From a virus, in IMG/VR virus record IMGVR_UViG_3300034062_002027: a DNA stretch of 64,000 nt; one strand, 5' to 3'. The stretch's first letter is position 1; every line of letters begins with the position of its first letter. The position numbers were made by a program, and so were the translations under genes. This document shows, one piece after another, positions 35,451 to 49,453 of the stretch. The notes beneath the pieces are model-generated. The model had not been told where the DNA came from. It searched no databases and was given only the letters and a program-made list of their open reading frames with translations.

Positions 35451-37430
35451 TTACTTAACGCCAAGGCCAGCCAGTGTTTTATAAAGTGATGCCAGACCGC
35501 CGACATCGCTTTGAATTTTTGCAAGCGCGTCAGGGTTCACCGAGGCCGTGCTTGCTCCAATCGGAAGCCCGGACAATAGGCCCAACTGATACTGCGGCAT
35601 CTTGTAGGCAAAGTCACGCTCTTCTTGGAACTGCGCTTTATCAGCAGCCAATCCTTCGGAGGTAATGCCTCGCTGCACTGCGCCAAGATCAGCCAACTGA
35701 CCAACGGACTTGAGGCCAAAGTCGGCACTGTATTGACGGGACTTTTCTTGTGCAGCTTGATCTGCGGCAAAGCGAGAAGCTCCAGTGTCAAACGCACTCC
35801 TGTAGCCCTGACCAATCACGTCCTGCTGCTTGTCCAATAGGTTGCGGCGGCCTTCCGATTCCATGATGGCCTGACGGCTACCGCCATAAGCGCCAGCCTT
35901 GGTCAAACGTGAAGCATCATCCAAACGGGCAATGTCGGATTGGCGCTTGAGTTCCTTTAACTGCGGGTCAAGCGAGGCCTGAATGTACGGGTTCATGTAC
36001 TGGTTGGCTTGTGTTGCATCAAAGCTACCCATGAACGAACCGGGCGTGTAACCACCCATAGCAATTTCACTGCCCCCGGTAAACGCTTGTTGTTGAAGGT
36101 TGGATGCGCCAGCGGTCAATGGGCCTTGATAGGCTTGATAAGGGGCATTTGCCAGTGCAGCACCCTGACCAAGCGCGTTGGTCACATAGTCGCCAACCCA
36201 AGGAGATAGGGTAGATGTGCGTGACGTGTCCTGCGCAATACCACCGCCTGCGGCTGGAGGTGTTGGCGTAGGGGCAACCACTGAACTGCCGCCCGTTTGA
36301 AACCTCTGCACTTCACCGCCGCCAGCATAAGCAGCCATCAAGCCACCTGAGGCTGCCGCAAGAAACTTGTCGGCATTGATCTCTTTGCCTTGTTCTTTGG
36401 TTCCGGTACGTGCCTCGCGGATTCGGTCCATCATGCTGTACAGCTTCTCGGCTCCGGCTTCGGAGTTTCCGTTACCCAAATGGGATACCACATCCGCAGG
36501 AATCACGAACTCTCCGTGACTGAGAAGGGCAGGCTGTTCGCCGTCAATGCTGGTCTCGATCTCGTCAGCCATACCGTCCGTCTTGCCTTGCAGGTAACGC
36601 CCTGCATCAGCAATACCACCTCGGGCCATCTTGATCCCGCCTTCTGCGGTAAGTTGCTCCGCGTTTGGTACAGCAAGCAAGCCAGCGCCTTCTTTTGGAG
36701 CTGCAGCCACCGGAGTAGGGTTGTATGCCATCGGTATCTTCCCTGCGTATGGATTGGGAGCGGGAGCTGCGTATCTGGGGGCGGCAGCGGCCAACCCGGC
36801 AGCTTGAGCCTGCGAGGCGGTGGTGGCAGCGGTCATGTTTGCCGTGTCGCCCTGAGCAACAAACAATGGGTTGGTCATGTAACGACGACCAGCCTCGCCC
36901 GGGCGACGGTTGGCGTCGTTATAGTCCACTTGTTGCTGGACCACATCTACCTTTGGGACTGGTTTGTTGTAGCCGCCAGACTCATCTCCGCCTTTAAATG
37001 CCTTAGCTGCTGCCAGTGCGGTCAACAAACTAGCGCCCGGATTTTTCATTACATTTTGAAGAACCTTTGCAGCCGTCGGGCCAAGGTTAGACGCAGTCCA
37101 AGAAAGAGCCCTATTAAATGCGGCAGAATTTCCCGTGGCGGTAGGGCTATCAGTGCTTCCAACGGGCGCACCATCTGGACCAACCGTCATCGTAGAGCCG
37201 TCATCGTACTTGTACGTTATGTTTCCACTTGAAGCGTCAACCGTTGTTTCTGAACCAGCATCTCCGGGGGCATCTCCCCAGCCAGTAAACCCGGAATCAT
37301 CAAATCCAAGGTATTCATTGGCTCTGTCGTTTGGGTTGACATAAAAATCTGAAGAATCAAAGTCGCCAACGTAAGTGCTTCCAGCGCCGTCGTCAATATC
37401 AAAGCCCAATTCGCCTGCATAGTTGTCCAT
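35451..37430 (-). CDS. internal virion/ejection protein (659 aa)
   Basis: Contains MARGGIADAGRYLQGKTDGMADEIETSIDGEQPALLSHGEFVIPADVV and AGGGEVQRFQTGGS motifs. Lies in the structural operon. Confidence 0.6.
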   Translation of the reverse strand: MDNYAGELGFDIDDGAGSTYVGDFDSSDFYVNPNDRANEYLGFDDSGFTGWGDAPGDAGSETTVDASSGNITYKYDDGSTMTVGPDGAPVGSTDSPTATGNSAAFNRALSWTASNLGPTAAKVLQNVMKNPGASLLTALAAAKAFKGGDESGGYNKPVPKVDVVQQQVDYNDANRRPGEAGRRYMTNPLFVAQGDTANMTAATTASQAQAAGLAAAAPRYAAPAPNPYAGKIPMAYNPTPVAAAPKEGAGLLAVPNAEQLTAEGGIKMARGGIADAGRYLQGKTDGMADEIETSIDGEQPALLSHGEFVIPADVVSHLGNGNSEAGAEKLYSMMDRIREARTGTKEQGKEINADKFLAAASGGLMAAYAGGGEVQRFQTGGSSVVAPTPTPPAAGGGIAQDTSRTSTLSPWVGDYVTNALGQGAALANAPYQAYQGPLTAGASNLQQQAFTGGSEIAMGGYTPGSFMGSFDATQANQYMNPYIQASLDPQLKELKRQSDIARLDDASRLTKAGAYGGSRQAIMESEGRRNLLDKQQDVIGQGYRSAFDTGASRFAADQAAQEKSRQYSADFGLKSVGQLADLGAVQRGITSEGLAADKAQFQEERDFAYKMPQYQLGLLSGLPIGASTASVNPDALAKIQSDVGGLASLYKTLAGLGVK

Positions 37431-37440
37431 TTTGATTCCT

Positions 37441-42114
<4,674 letters not shown>

Positions 42115-42134
42115 GTCTATTCCTTATTGCGTTG

Positions 42135-42443
42135 TCATCCGACACGCCAATTTGTACCGTCTGAGTACACGGGGGTCTTCACTGCTCCGCCACCAACGAC
42201 TACGCTGCCAAATGTTGGGCCTGTCGCATTGGACACAAACGCCCTTGCACCTGAGCCAGCATCCGCCGCGCTTGGTAGCTCGGCTACAAGAAAGTTTGTG
42301 TTTGAAGCAAGCTGACCCAGCGTGGCCTGTATCTGGTTGAAGTACAGACGCAAGATGTTGTTCAGTTGGTCCTGATACTGCTGCTCAAACTGTTTGGGCG
42401 ACAGAGGCAGCGAAGGCGAGGCAAAGATTTGTACGATAGCCAT
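42135..42443 (-). CDS. virion-module hypothetical protein (102 aa)
   Basis: Start at MAIVQIFASPS (42443) overlaps the stop of the upstream endonuclease gene by 1 nt. Confidence 0.5.
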   Translation of the reverse strand: MAIVQIFASPSLPLSPKQFEQQYQDQLNNILRLYFNQIQATLGQLASNTNFLVAELPSAADAGSGARAFVSNATGPTFGSVVVGGGAVKTPVYSDGTNWRVG

Positions 42444-43063
42444 TAAGCAACCCCCCAATGCAGACGCTCAAGTTCCTTACGTGCGGCAGCGGCTTCTTCC
42501 AAGTTTGTAAAACACTTGGAGTAAAACTTTTTTGTTTTAACGGTGATGGCGGCGTAATACCGATTGTTGTGAAACAACACGCCAGTAACTCCGGTTTTGC
42601 TGGTTTTTGGCACTCTAATATTCCTTGCTTGAATTGCCGGAGAGGCCCATCTTACATTTCCCGGCTCGTAGCTACCGTTGGGGTCAATTCGATCAAGCGT
42701 TTCTTTACCTGCTGGCTCCCCAACCGCGAGCGCAAAAGACACGTAATCATGCCACGCTGCATGCACCAAAATTCCACGCCCTCCCCATTTTGGGTAGTCT
42801 TTGTCGGCAGAGTTGTAACACCTGCGCATCATGGCTCGCCATGTGTTGTACGAGCCTTTACCCGTGCCACCATGCTTAAAGTTTTTACCAATACAACCGC
42901 ACGACGTTGTGTTGCCTGTTACCAAGCTGCCAGAAACAACCACAACTTCTTTGCCGCATTCACACTGGCAGCGCCACAAAACCTTTTTTAAATTGTTGCG
43001 CCCAGCCTGCTCTAAGACGGTTAAGTTTCCAAAAACCTGTTTAGTTCGATCAACAAATTTCAT
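42443..43063 (-). CDS. AP2-domain putative homing endonuclease
   Basis: Start at MKFVDRT (AAGGAG RBS). Contains a Cys cluster (CQCECG...SCGC) and a C-terminal AP2-like TGVTGVLFHNNRYYAAITVKTKKFYSKCFTNLEEAAAARKELE. Local AT-richness. The track extension to 43261 overlaps the upstream gene. Confidence 0.6.
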   Translation of the reverse strand: MKFVDRTKQVFGNLTVLEQAGRNNLKKVLWRCQCECGKEVVVVSGSLVTGNTTSCGCIGKNFKHGGTGKGSYNTWRAMMRRCYNSADKDYPKWGGRGILVHAAWHDYVSFALAVGEPAGKETLDRIDPNGSYEPGNVRWASPAIQARNIRVPKTSKTGVTGVLFHNNRYYAAITVKTKKFYSKCFTNLEEAAAARKELERLHWGVA

Positions 43064-43124
43064 ACCAAGACTCCTTAATTTAAGAGTCTTCAGTATACAC
43101 ATATTTTTTAGATCAGTATACATG

Positions 43125-45032
43125 TCACCTGTGTCCATCTTTCTTGATGTCAATGCGGGGCACACCAAGCTGCCACGTTGTACCCAGTCGGTCGGAGTCC
43201 ACCTTGAAGATGAGCTGCCTGCCGCGCACACGGATGTACACCTGCCCCGTGAACTCCTCAATCGGAGCTGTGGCGATGCGTTGAATCTGAGCCGAGCTTG
43301 TGCCGTTTGTAGACGCAGGCGTTGTAAACCCAGAGCCAGAGTTGCGCATTGGGATCAGCGTCATGTTGCACTGAGGCGTCAAAGCGCCCGTGGAGTTCCG
43401 GAAGGTTATGTCCGGAAGTACACGCCAAATAAAGCCAAAGTTGTGCCCGTCGTCAATATCAAACTCAGACGAACTAATAAGCGCTGCAATAGCAGTAGGA
43501 GTGCCTGTTTGATTGTCATCTACACCTTGCTCATGGTTCACCAAGTTATAGGTATACGTAGCAGCCAATGGGTAGTCGCGCAGACCCGAGTCCAGCCATG
43601 CCGTGCGGCCTAGAGTGCCGTAGTACCAAATGTCTTCTGCGTAGTTGTACACCACATACTTGTCCACCACGTTGCTGCCAGCAGAGCAGTAGTACCACCA
43701 GACCTCATTGAAGCCTTCGTTCGTCCCAGCAAACACTTGCTGGTTCTGGAGCTGGTTGATGTCGCTGAAGATGTACTGGCGCAGGTCGCAGCGTAGGGTC
43801 TGGGTACGACCGTCGTACTTATAGAATTTGTCTACGCCCATCCAGTAGATCACACCAGAAGCTACGGCCTTTGCGTTTGGCCCATAGATGGAGATGTTGC
43901 TTGCTAGAAGCTGGGTACTCCACACCGCAGGGACGCCCACATACTGCAACGAGTACAGGGCCGAATCGGTCCACGTCACAATTTCTTGCCGGGTTTGCAA
44001 GCAGGTGATCAATTCGGAACCATCAGACAACTGGATGCTTCCAGCTTGACCTGTGGGCGCAGGAGTCCAGTCCACCGCCGACTCTTGGTCCGACCAGCGA
44101 ATCAGCATGGGGTTTTGGGTGGCCGAGCCGTAGTCGTTGCAGCCAAACGCAAAAACAAACCGACTGATATCCGACACAAAGATGAACTTCTGCACCGTCG
44201 GCACATCTGATGCGCCGCCCAAAGACGACAACAAAACCCCGCGAGTGCTAACTCCCGAGGTGGCATCCCAGTAATAAATTTGCCCGTCACGCGGTGCAAA
44301 GATCAAGTCCTCGCCAAAATTGATCTGACTCCACAACCGCAGGGAGGCTTGGGAAGTTCCGCCAAAGCCCCAAACTCCAGCGCCCCAAGTGCCCGAGCCC
44401 CAGCCAGTGGTTGGAATTTGATATTCAGGACCGACATTGATCTGGTACGCGGTTGTCACCGTACCGCCGCCGGGAGAGCCCGACACGTCCGTAGCGTTGG
44501 CATTGACGCCAACATTGATTGTGTAGGAGTTTGCGCCGACTATGGTGACTTGATACTCCTTGTTGAGCACCGTTGCAGTAATGTTACCTCCCAGACCTGT
44601 AGCCCCGCTGTAAGTCACAAAGTCCCCTGTAACGCAGCCGTGCGCCGTATCTGCGACAGTGATGATTGCCGAGCCGTTGGTAGCGGTAAAAGGGTTGGTT
44701 AGAGTAACCGTATCCCGAATGGGCGTGATGTCGTAATAGGCTGCGCCGCGTTCAATGTAAAACTTGAGGTTTGTGCCAACGCCGACAAGGTTAAGAGAAC
44801 CAAGCGTCACCCAGTTCCACAGGGAGCGACAAACCCCAAGGAACGTGCTGGCAGAAATACGCTGCCAGCCGCCAATCTTCTCTGGCATGCCGGAGCGAAA
44901 GCGCACCTTCTCGGATTCATACCAACCACCAACAACTTGAGTTGCAGGTGCGGAAGCGCCGATCACCTCAGCGGCGTAGCGGGTTTGCTCCCGGTTTACG
45001 CCCGGGCGAAAGATTATGGACTTCAGTGGCAT
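43125..45032 (-). CDS. tail structural protein (635 aa)
   Basis: Large ORF in the tail region. The N-terminus GGWYESEKVRFRSGMPEKIGGWQRI is typical of podovirus tail proteins as I remember them. No enzymatic motif. Confidence 0.55.
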   Translation of the reverse strand: MPLKSIIFRPGVNREQTRYAAEVIGASAPATQVVGGWYESEKVRFRSGMPEKIGGWQRISASTFLGVCRSLWNWVTLGSLNLVGVGTNLKFYIERGAAYYDITPIRDTVTLTNPFTATNGSAIITVADTAHGCVTGDFVTYSGATGLGGNITATVLNKEYQVTIVGANSYTINVGVNANATDVSGSPGGGTVTTAYQINVGPEYQIPTTGWGSGTWGAGVWGFGGTSQASLRLWSQINFGEDLIFAPRDGQIYYWDATSGVSTRGVLLSSLGGASDVPTVQKFIFVSDISRFVFAFGCNDYGSATQNPMLIRWSDQESAVDWTPAPTGQAGSIQLSDGSELITCLQTRQEIVTWTDSALYSLQYVGVPAVWSTQLLASNISIYGPNAKAVASGVIYWMGVDKFYKYDGRTQTLRCDLRQYIFSDINQLQNQQVFAGTNEGFNEVWWYYCSAGSNVVDKYVVYNYAEDIWYYGTLGRTAWLDSGLRDYPLAATYTYNLVNHEQGVDDNQTGTPTAIAALISSSEFDIDDGHNFGFIWRVLPDITFRNSTGALTPQCNMTLIPMRNSGSGFTTPASTNGTSSAQIQRIATAPIEEFTGQVYIRVRGRQLIFKVDSDRLGTTWQLGVPRIDIKKDGHR

Positions 45033-45041
45033 GGGTCACCT

Positions 45042-45479
45042 TTATTTGCTGGCAACGCCTTTAGTCTTCTCAAAAGACCTCATGCCAGCGATGCCCAAGA
45101 TGCCCGATAATATCACCCAGAGCTGGTCTGCGTCCAGTACAGGAGGGGGCTCCAAGCCCGCAGGAATCCACCCGGTAGCCTGCGCCCACTTCCAACCCCA
45201 CTGAAACAGCGGGTAGGCTAGAAACTGATAGCCCATAGCTGCAACGCCAATCCAGCCGATAGCAGGTCGCCAGCCAGAAACAAAGACGCTGGAGCTTGCG
45301 GCCTCGATCTTGTTGACCTCAATCTGGGCAAGGTCGGTGGCTTGGTCGATGCGCTTTTCTTCAAGGTCGAGCTTGCGCTGTTCAACCTCCATCTCCATCC
45401 GCTCTTTGTCGGTGGTGATAAGGTCTCCCGCAACCTTTCCGACCGCTTCAATGATTGATCCAACGCCAAGTAAGCTCAT
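45042..45479 (-). CDS. holin-like membrane protein ('3TM holin' type)
   Basis: Start at MSLLGVGSII (ATGA overlap with the upstream gene). Coiled N-terminal half, then a hydrophobic C-terminal half (VFVSGWRPAIGWIGVAAMGYQFLAYPLFQW...WVILSGILGIAG). Confidence 0.55.
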   Translation of the reverse strand: MSLLGVGSIIEAVGKVAGDLITTDKERMEMEVEQRKLDLEEKRIDQATDLAQIEVNKIEAASSSVFVSGWRPAIGWIGVAAMGYQFLAYPLFQWGWKWAQATGWIPAGLEPPPVLDADQLWVILSGILGIAGMRSFEKTKGVASK

Positions 45480-45973
45480 GCGGCACTCCTGTGATGGCTG
45501 CAATAAATCTCTTCCGCCTTACGCCGAGCCGCCACGGCATCCTCAATTGAGGCAAACAACCCAAGGTAAACGTGCCGCCCAAGATGAGTAATTTGCGCAA
45601 CGTACTTTTTAGCCCTTTTGTGCCAGCTAACCCCGAGAACTCCGGTGGCGCTATTTGATTTGGCCTTTGCGTGCTGGTTGTTTTCCGCATTGGTTGCGGG
45701 TCTTAGGTTGGAAATTCTGTTGTCCGCCCTGTCAAAATTGATGTGGTCAATCTGATTTTCAGGCCATGAGCCATTTATGTAAAGCCAAGCCAGTCTGTGG
45801 GCGTAATACTGCTTGCCCTTTATGCACAACTTCCTGTACCCGGTGGATTTATCAAGGGAACCCTGCGTAACAGCGCCAACAGACGCGCCTTTACCCGTGC
45901 CAAGCAAACGAACAAAGTCTCCCGTATCAGGGTTGTAGGTCACAAATGTTTTTAAAGTTTCTTGCGTAATCAC
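45476..45973 (-). CDS. HNH + AP2-domain homing endonuclease
   Basis: YYAHRLAWLYINGSWPENQIDHINFDRADNRISNLRPATNAENNQH (HNH) followed by TGVLGVSWHKRAKKYVAQITHLGRHVYLGLFASIEDAVAARRKAEE (AP2). GTG start at 45973 overlaps the lysozyme stop (GTGA). Confidence 0.7.
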   Translation of the reverse strand: MITQETLKTFVTYNPDTGDFVRLLGTGKGASVGAVTQGSLDKSTGYRKLCIKGKQYYAHRLAWLYINGSWPENQIDHINFDRADNRISNLRPATNAENNQHAKAKSNSATGVLGVSWHKRAKKYVAQITHLGRHVYLGLFASIEDAVAARRKAEEIYCSHHRSAA

Positions 45974-46485
45974 TTGAGGCCCCTTAATGTTCTTGCGACC
46001 CAACCCTTCAGGAACTTGACCTGCACAGGGTTCTTGTTGCAAATCTCAACATAACGAGCAATTTTGGCCAAGGCGTACTGCTCCTTGAAGCGTTGGCCGT
46101 CAGGTATCTGGTTGAGCTTCTCTACCGTCTTTGCGCCTACGCCGCCGTCAGGGGTAGCCCCAACAACGAGCTGCGCCAGCTTCACGGCCATGCCCATGCC
46201 AGCGTTTACGCCGAAGTTGAAGATGGTGTTGGCTACGTCTTGGTTGCTGATCTCGTTGCCGCGCATCTTGTCCCAAAACTCGGTACGGTAGAACTCACGC
46301 ACCATGGGGGTGAGAGACCCGCCAAGCTCCTTCTTGTCTACCAGCGCCCAACCGGGCCACTGCGGGTTCTTGTTCCGGGCAATGCCTGCGTAGGTCATGC
46401 CCCCAGTGTCGCCGGGAACTTCGTGGAGGACGTAGCCGCCCTCGTCTTGCATCATCAGCTCAAAAGCTGGCTCAAACTGTGCCAT
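45970..46485 (-). CDS. endolysin, GH108-like lysozyme with C-terminal peptidoglycan-binding-like region
   Basis: N-terminal MQDEGGYVLHEVPGDTGGMTYAGIARNKNPQWPGW matches the GH108 signature. Confidence 0.7.
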   Translation of the reverse strand: MAQFEPAFELMMQDEGGYVLHEVPGDTGGMTYAGIARNKNPQWPGWALVDKKELGGSLTPMVREFYRTEFWDKMRGNEISNQDVANTIFNFGVNAGMGMAVKLAQLVVGATPDGGVGAKTVEKLNQIPDGQRFKEQYALAKIARYVEICNKNPVQVKFLKGWVARTLRGLK

Positions 46486-46489
46486 TTCT

Positions 46490-46945
46490 TTACCCTTTCA
46501 ATTCAAAGCTGAGATTGGGATGGCGGGGATACTGCACAACACGCTCCCCTTCAGGACATTTGTATTTGATGGTTGCCAGCAAAGTGGCTTTGCCGGGTGC
46601 AACTTTCTCTTTTCTCACCATCGTAAGTTGGTAGGTGAAAGTGTCAATTTCTGGCCCTGCTGGCCCACTGAACTTGCTTGCCGTAGTGGTGGCTTCATGC
46701 ACCATACCTGCCGCATCGCGGATACTTGGCGTGAAGCTCTCAACCGAGCAGTCGTCCCGTTTTTTGATCCGTGCAACCGTCACGTTGATGGGCTTTCCGG
46801 CCTCGGCCACAATTTTAAAATGCTCAGGCGTCCACTCAATGATGGCCCGATCAAGCAAGCCAAACTTGTCGGCAAGTGTGTAACTGCCACCCAGTGCGGC
46901 AACACTTGCAGCAACAGCCCCAATGGCTTTGGCAAGATCAACCAT
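46490..46945 (-). CDS. membrane-anchored protein of lysis cassette (151 aa)
   Basis: N-terminal hydrophobic helix (AIGAVAASVAALGG). Adjacent to the endolysin gene. Confidence 0.45.
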   Translation of the reverse strand: MVDLAKAIGAVAASVAALGGSYTLADKFGLLDRAIIEWTPEHFKIVAEAGKPINVTVARIKKRDDCSVESFTPSIRDAAGMVHEATTTASKFSGPAGPEIDTFTYQLTMVRKEKVAPGKATLLATIKYKCPEGERVVQYPRHPNLSFELKG

Positions 46946-47033
46946 AAACCACTCCTATAAAAACGTATGCACACCAAACCACAAGGCCAACAAGAAGGGC
47001 CGCTGCAATAAATGCAACAGCCCAGTCTTTCAT
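46938..47033 (-). CDS. tiny single-TM peptide (31 aa, below ORF-track cutoff)
   Basis: Hand translation MKDWAVAFIAAALLVGLVVWCAYVFIGVVYG. Overlaps the next gene start (ATGGTTGA). Confidence 0.4.
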   Translation of the reverse strand: MKDWAVAFIAAALLVGLVVWCAYVFIGVVYG

Positions 47034-47035
47034 GA

Positions 47036-47236
47036 TCAGAGTCCCAGCAGCTTCTTCACCATCTCAGCCGCAACGCCGGGGCCAAGCAACACGGCAGCGA
47101 TTACTGCGTAGAGCAGGTATTCAATCTTGGTCATGCGCTTCTCGCCAGCGTCAAGAGAGTCGTTGATCTTTTCGTAACGCTGGGCGCAAACGGCTTCATG
47201 GACTGACATACGGGTCTCCATAGATTCCTCGGACAT
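47036..47236 (-). CDS. tail-anchored membrane protein (66 aa)
   Basis: C-terminal TM helix IEYLLYAVIAAVLLGPGVAA, in the lysis cluster. Confidence 0.5.
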   Translation of the reverse strand: MSEESMETRMSVHEAVCAQRYEKINDSLDAGEKRMTKIEYLLYAVIAAVLLGPGVAAEMVKKLLGL

Positions 47237-47255
47237 GGACTACCTCATCAAAGAT

Positions 47256-47369
47256 TTAACCGCCAAATGGTGTTGACATGATTGGGCCTCCAGAGAAGGT
47301 TCCACTGACAATCAAAACCCCAGCGCCCCCGTAGGAGCCACCGACAAAAGCCAAAACAATGCCACTCAT
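47256..47369 (-). CDS. glycine-zipper membrane peptide (37 aa, below ORF-track cutoff)
   Basis: Hand translation MSGIVLAFVGGSYGGAGVLIVSGTFSGGPIMSTPFGG. GGAG RBS 7 nt upstream. Confidence 0.4.
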   Translation of the reverse strand: MSGIVLAFVGGSYGGAGVLIVSGTFSGGPIMSTPFGG

Positions 47370-47370
47370 G

Positions 47371-47643
47371 TCAGACTCCATACGTAAAGATTGCGATCTC
47401 GTCTGCCACAAAGACCACGTTGATCAAACACCTTGGCGGGAACTCCAAGTGGCTCTTCACCTTGGGCATCCCCGACCTGTAGGTCTGAGCCATCTTGGAC
47501 TCAATAGTGGTGAACTTGTCCGTGTTGTTGAACATCACAAGAATGTCGCCCTGTTTAAAGACGCTCTCAGGCAGCGTCACCACCGTCAGCTCGTCAAACC
47601 GAACGATCTTGCCAAGATGCTCTCTGGACAGGACAAAGTTCAT
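47371..47643 (-). CDS. hypothetical protein (90 aa)
   Basis: Start at MNFVLSRE overlaps the upstream stop (ATGA). The track start at 47724 would overlap the upstream gene. Confidence 0.5.
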   Translation of the reverse strand: MNFVLSREHLGKIVRFDELTVVTLPESVFKQGDILVMFNNTDKFTTIESKMAQTYRSGMPKVKSHLEFPPRCLINVVFVADEIAIFTYGV

Positions 47644-48083
47644 AGCCAAGAAGGTTTGGGGTTGTTGGTCTTCACGGCCTGAATCTGGGCCTGCATGTCC
47701 GTGGCTGCATCGCCACCTTTCCACTGCGCATCCAACTGGTCACCCAAAGCAGGGTACTCGGCGCGGCGCTTGGCGTAGTAGTCAGGAACATCCGGGCGCA
47801 CCACCTCAGACTTGTCGATGTCCACGGTGATTGTCTCGCCCGTCATGGGGTCAAGACTCTCGCGGGTCTTGGGCGTCAGTGCAGCCCACTCAGCCTCTTT
47901 GGCGTCGATCTCGGCCCCCACGCTGGCATTCAAGCCGGAAACGAACTGCGACAGGTCTACGCCAGCAGGGACGTATCGCTGCCAGTCATAGGTCTGTCCG
48001 TTGTGCTCGACCTTCAAAATAGCAATGGCGCGGTCTTCACCTGCCATGCCTGATTGCAAACCTTCAAGGGATACGGTGGTCAT
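47640..48083 (-). CDS. tail-fibre assembly chaperone-like protein
   Basis: The C-terminal RRAEYPALGDQLDAQWKGG...IQAVKTNNPKP resembles the conserved end of phage Tfa proteins. Confidence 0.45.
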   Translation of the reverse strand: MTTVSLEGLQSGMAGEDRAIAILKVEHNGQTYDWQRYVPAGVDLSQFVSGLNASVGAEIDAKEAEWAALTPKTRESLDPMTGETITVDIDKSEVVRPDVPDYYAKRRAEYPALGDQLDAQWKGGDAATDMQAQIQAVKTNNPKPSWL

Positions 48084-49435
48084 TTAACTGCCTCCAATCT
48101 AAAGTTTTTACCCGGATGCTGCCCTTCTACTGGCAGAATTTTAATGTCTTTAAAGCCGACCGCCGTACACAAGTCAGCCAGTGACTTCGGTGTGTAGCCC
48201 CACAGATGTGGAGACAAAGCGCCTTTCTCTTGCGTCTCAGGAGTAATGCGGTCTACGTGAGCGCCATAGATACACATTGCCGTCATGTGCTGATCTGCGC
48301 CGTCTTGTTCAAGGTAGTCTTTGCACAGGCCCGCAAGGTCGGGCGTTTCCATCACCAGCATACCGCCGTCTTTCAGCGTAGCCAGCCACTTCTCTAAGAC
48401 TTTAGGAGCGCGATGCTGGGGGATATGCTCAATCACATGGCTGGCAAATATCTCGTCAGCGCACTGCTCTGGCAAGTCTAACTTCATGATGTCTTGCTTG
48501 ATGTCCGCTGTATCGCTGTGCATATCAACACCAAGGTAGCCTTCAATACGATCACGCCCACAGCCCATGTTGAACTTAATTGGCTGACCTTCTTCTAGCA
48601 GCTTGGCAATGACAGACTTGTAACTACCAGTACCTTCAGGCAGACGATCAGCCCAGCGACGGTCAATAAACTCCTTGTCGTCCAGCGTAAGAGGGCGGGT
48701 GGGCTTGATGTTGGTGTAGTAGTTCTTCAGGTCAACCGAAGGATGCGCGGTGTACATACCTGTCGCCAAGTCCATGTGCAGGCACTGAACGTCCGTGTTC
48801 ACCAGCAGCTTGGTTCCGCGCTTGTGCAGGCGGTGGACGAAAAAGTTGTCCTCACCAATAAACGGGATGACGCCCTTGGGGCCATCAATTTGGCTGCCAA
48901 TGCAGGTAAACGGCAGGTCAGGCGCTTCGTCCTTCATCTTCTGAAGAAGACTGATCGGGATCATCATGACATCCATGCCGGTCTGCCACGCCTCAATCAG
49001 TTGGCCGGGGTCTACGTTGGGGATGGTGATCCAATCCTTGTTGCGTACCATAATCATTGCGTCTGAGCATTTGATGTAGTACACCCCAGTCACCACAGCG
49101 TCAGGGTTCTTCTCTGCTGTCTCGTGCAGCACCTTGAAGCCATCGTAAGGCAAAACGGTGTCCTCACCGATGAACAGCAGGTACTTAGCCCCGGAGGTCA
49201 ATGCCTGCTCAATCAGGTAATTCCGAGCAACGTCAACCTTCTCGCCGCCGATGTGAACAAACCCGTGGGAGAACCCCATTAGGTCAATGTGGAGGCCGTC
49301 GTACCCGTCAAAGTTTTGGGCGGCGGTTTCGGCAAGGTCTCGGCGGGGTTGGGCGATCAGCACATAGGGCGCAATCGACTTGGACTCGTCGTAAATTTCC
49401 TGCATGACGTCAATGATCTTGTCGCGGTTGTACAC
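48080..49435 (-). CDS. fusion of GT-A-type glycosyltransferase (N-terminal) and class I SAM-dependent methyltransferase (C-terminal)
   Basis: The GT part has KYLLFIGEDTVLPYDGF (DxD-like). The MT part has IKFNMGCGRDRIEGYLGVDM...ADEIFASHVIEHI...GGMLVMETP. Confidence 0.7.
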   Translation of the reverse strand: MYNRDKIIDVMQEIYDESKSIAPYVLIAQPRRDLAETAAQNFDGYDGLHIDLMGFSHGFVHIGGEKVDVARNYLIEQALTSGAKYLLFIGEDTVLPYDGFKVLHETAEKNPDAVVTGVYYIKCSDAMIMVRNKDWITIPNVDPGQLIEAWQTGMDVMMIPISLLQKMKDEAPDLPFTCIGSQIDGPKGVIPFIGEDNFFVHRLHKRGTKLLVNTDVQCLHMDLATGMYTAHPSVDLKNYYTNIKPTRPLTLDDKEFIDRRWADRLPEGTGSYKSVIAKLLEEGQPIKFNMGCGRDRIEGYLGVDMHSDTADIKQDIMKLDLPEQCADEIFASHVIEHIPQHRAPKVLEKWLATLKDGGMLVMETPDLAGLCKDYLEQDGADQHMTAMCIYGAHVDRITPETQEKGALSPHLWGYTPKSLADLCTAVGFKDIKILPVEGQHPGKNFRLEAVK

Positions 49436-49453
49436 GGGCTCTCCTTGCTGCGG

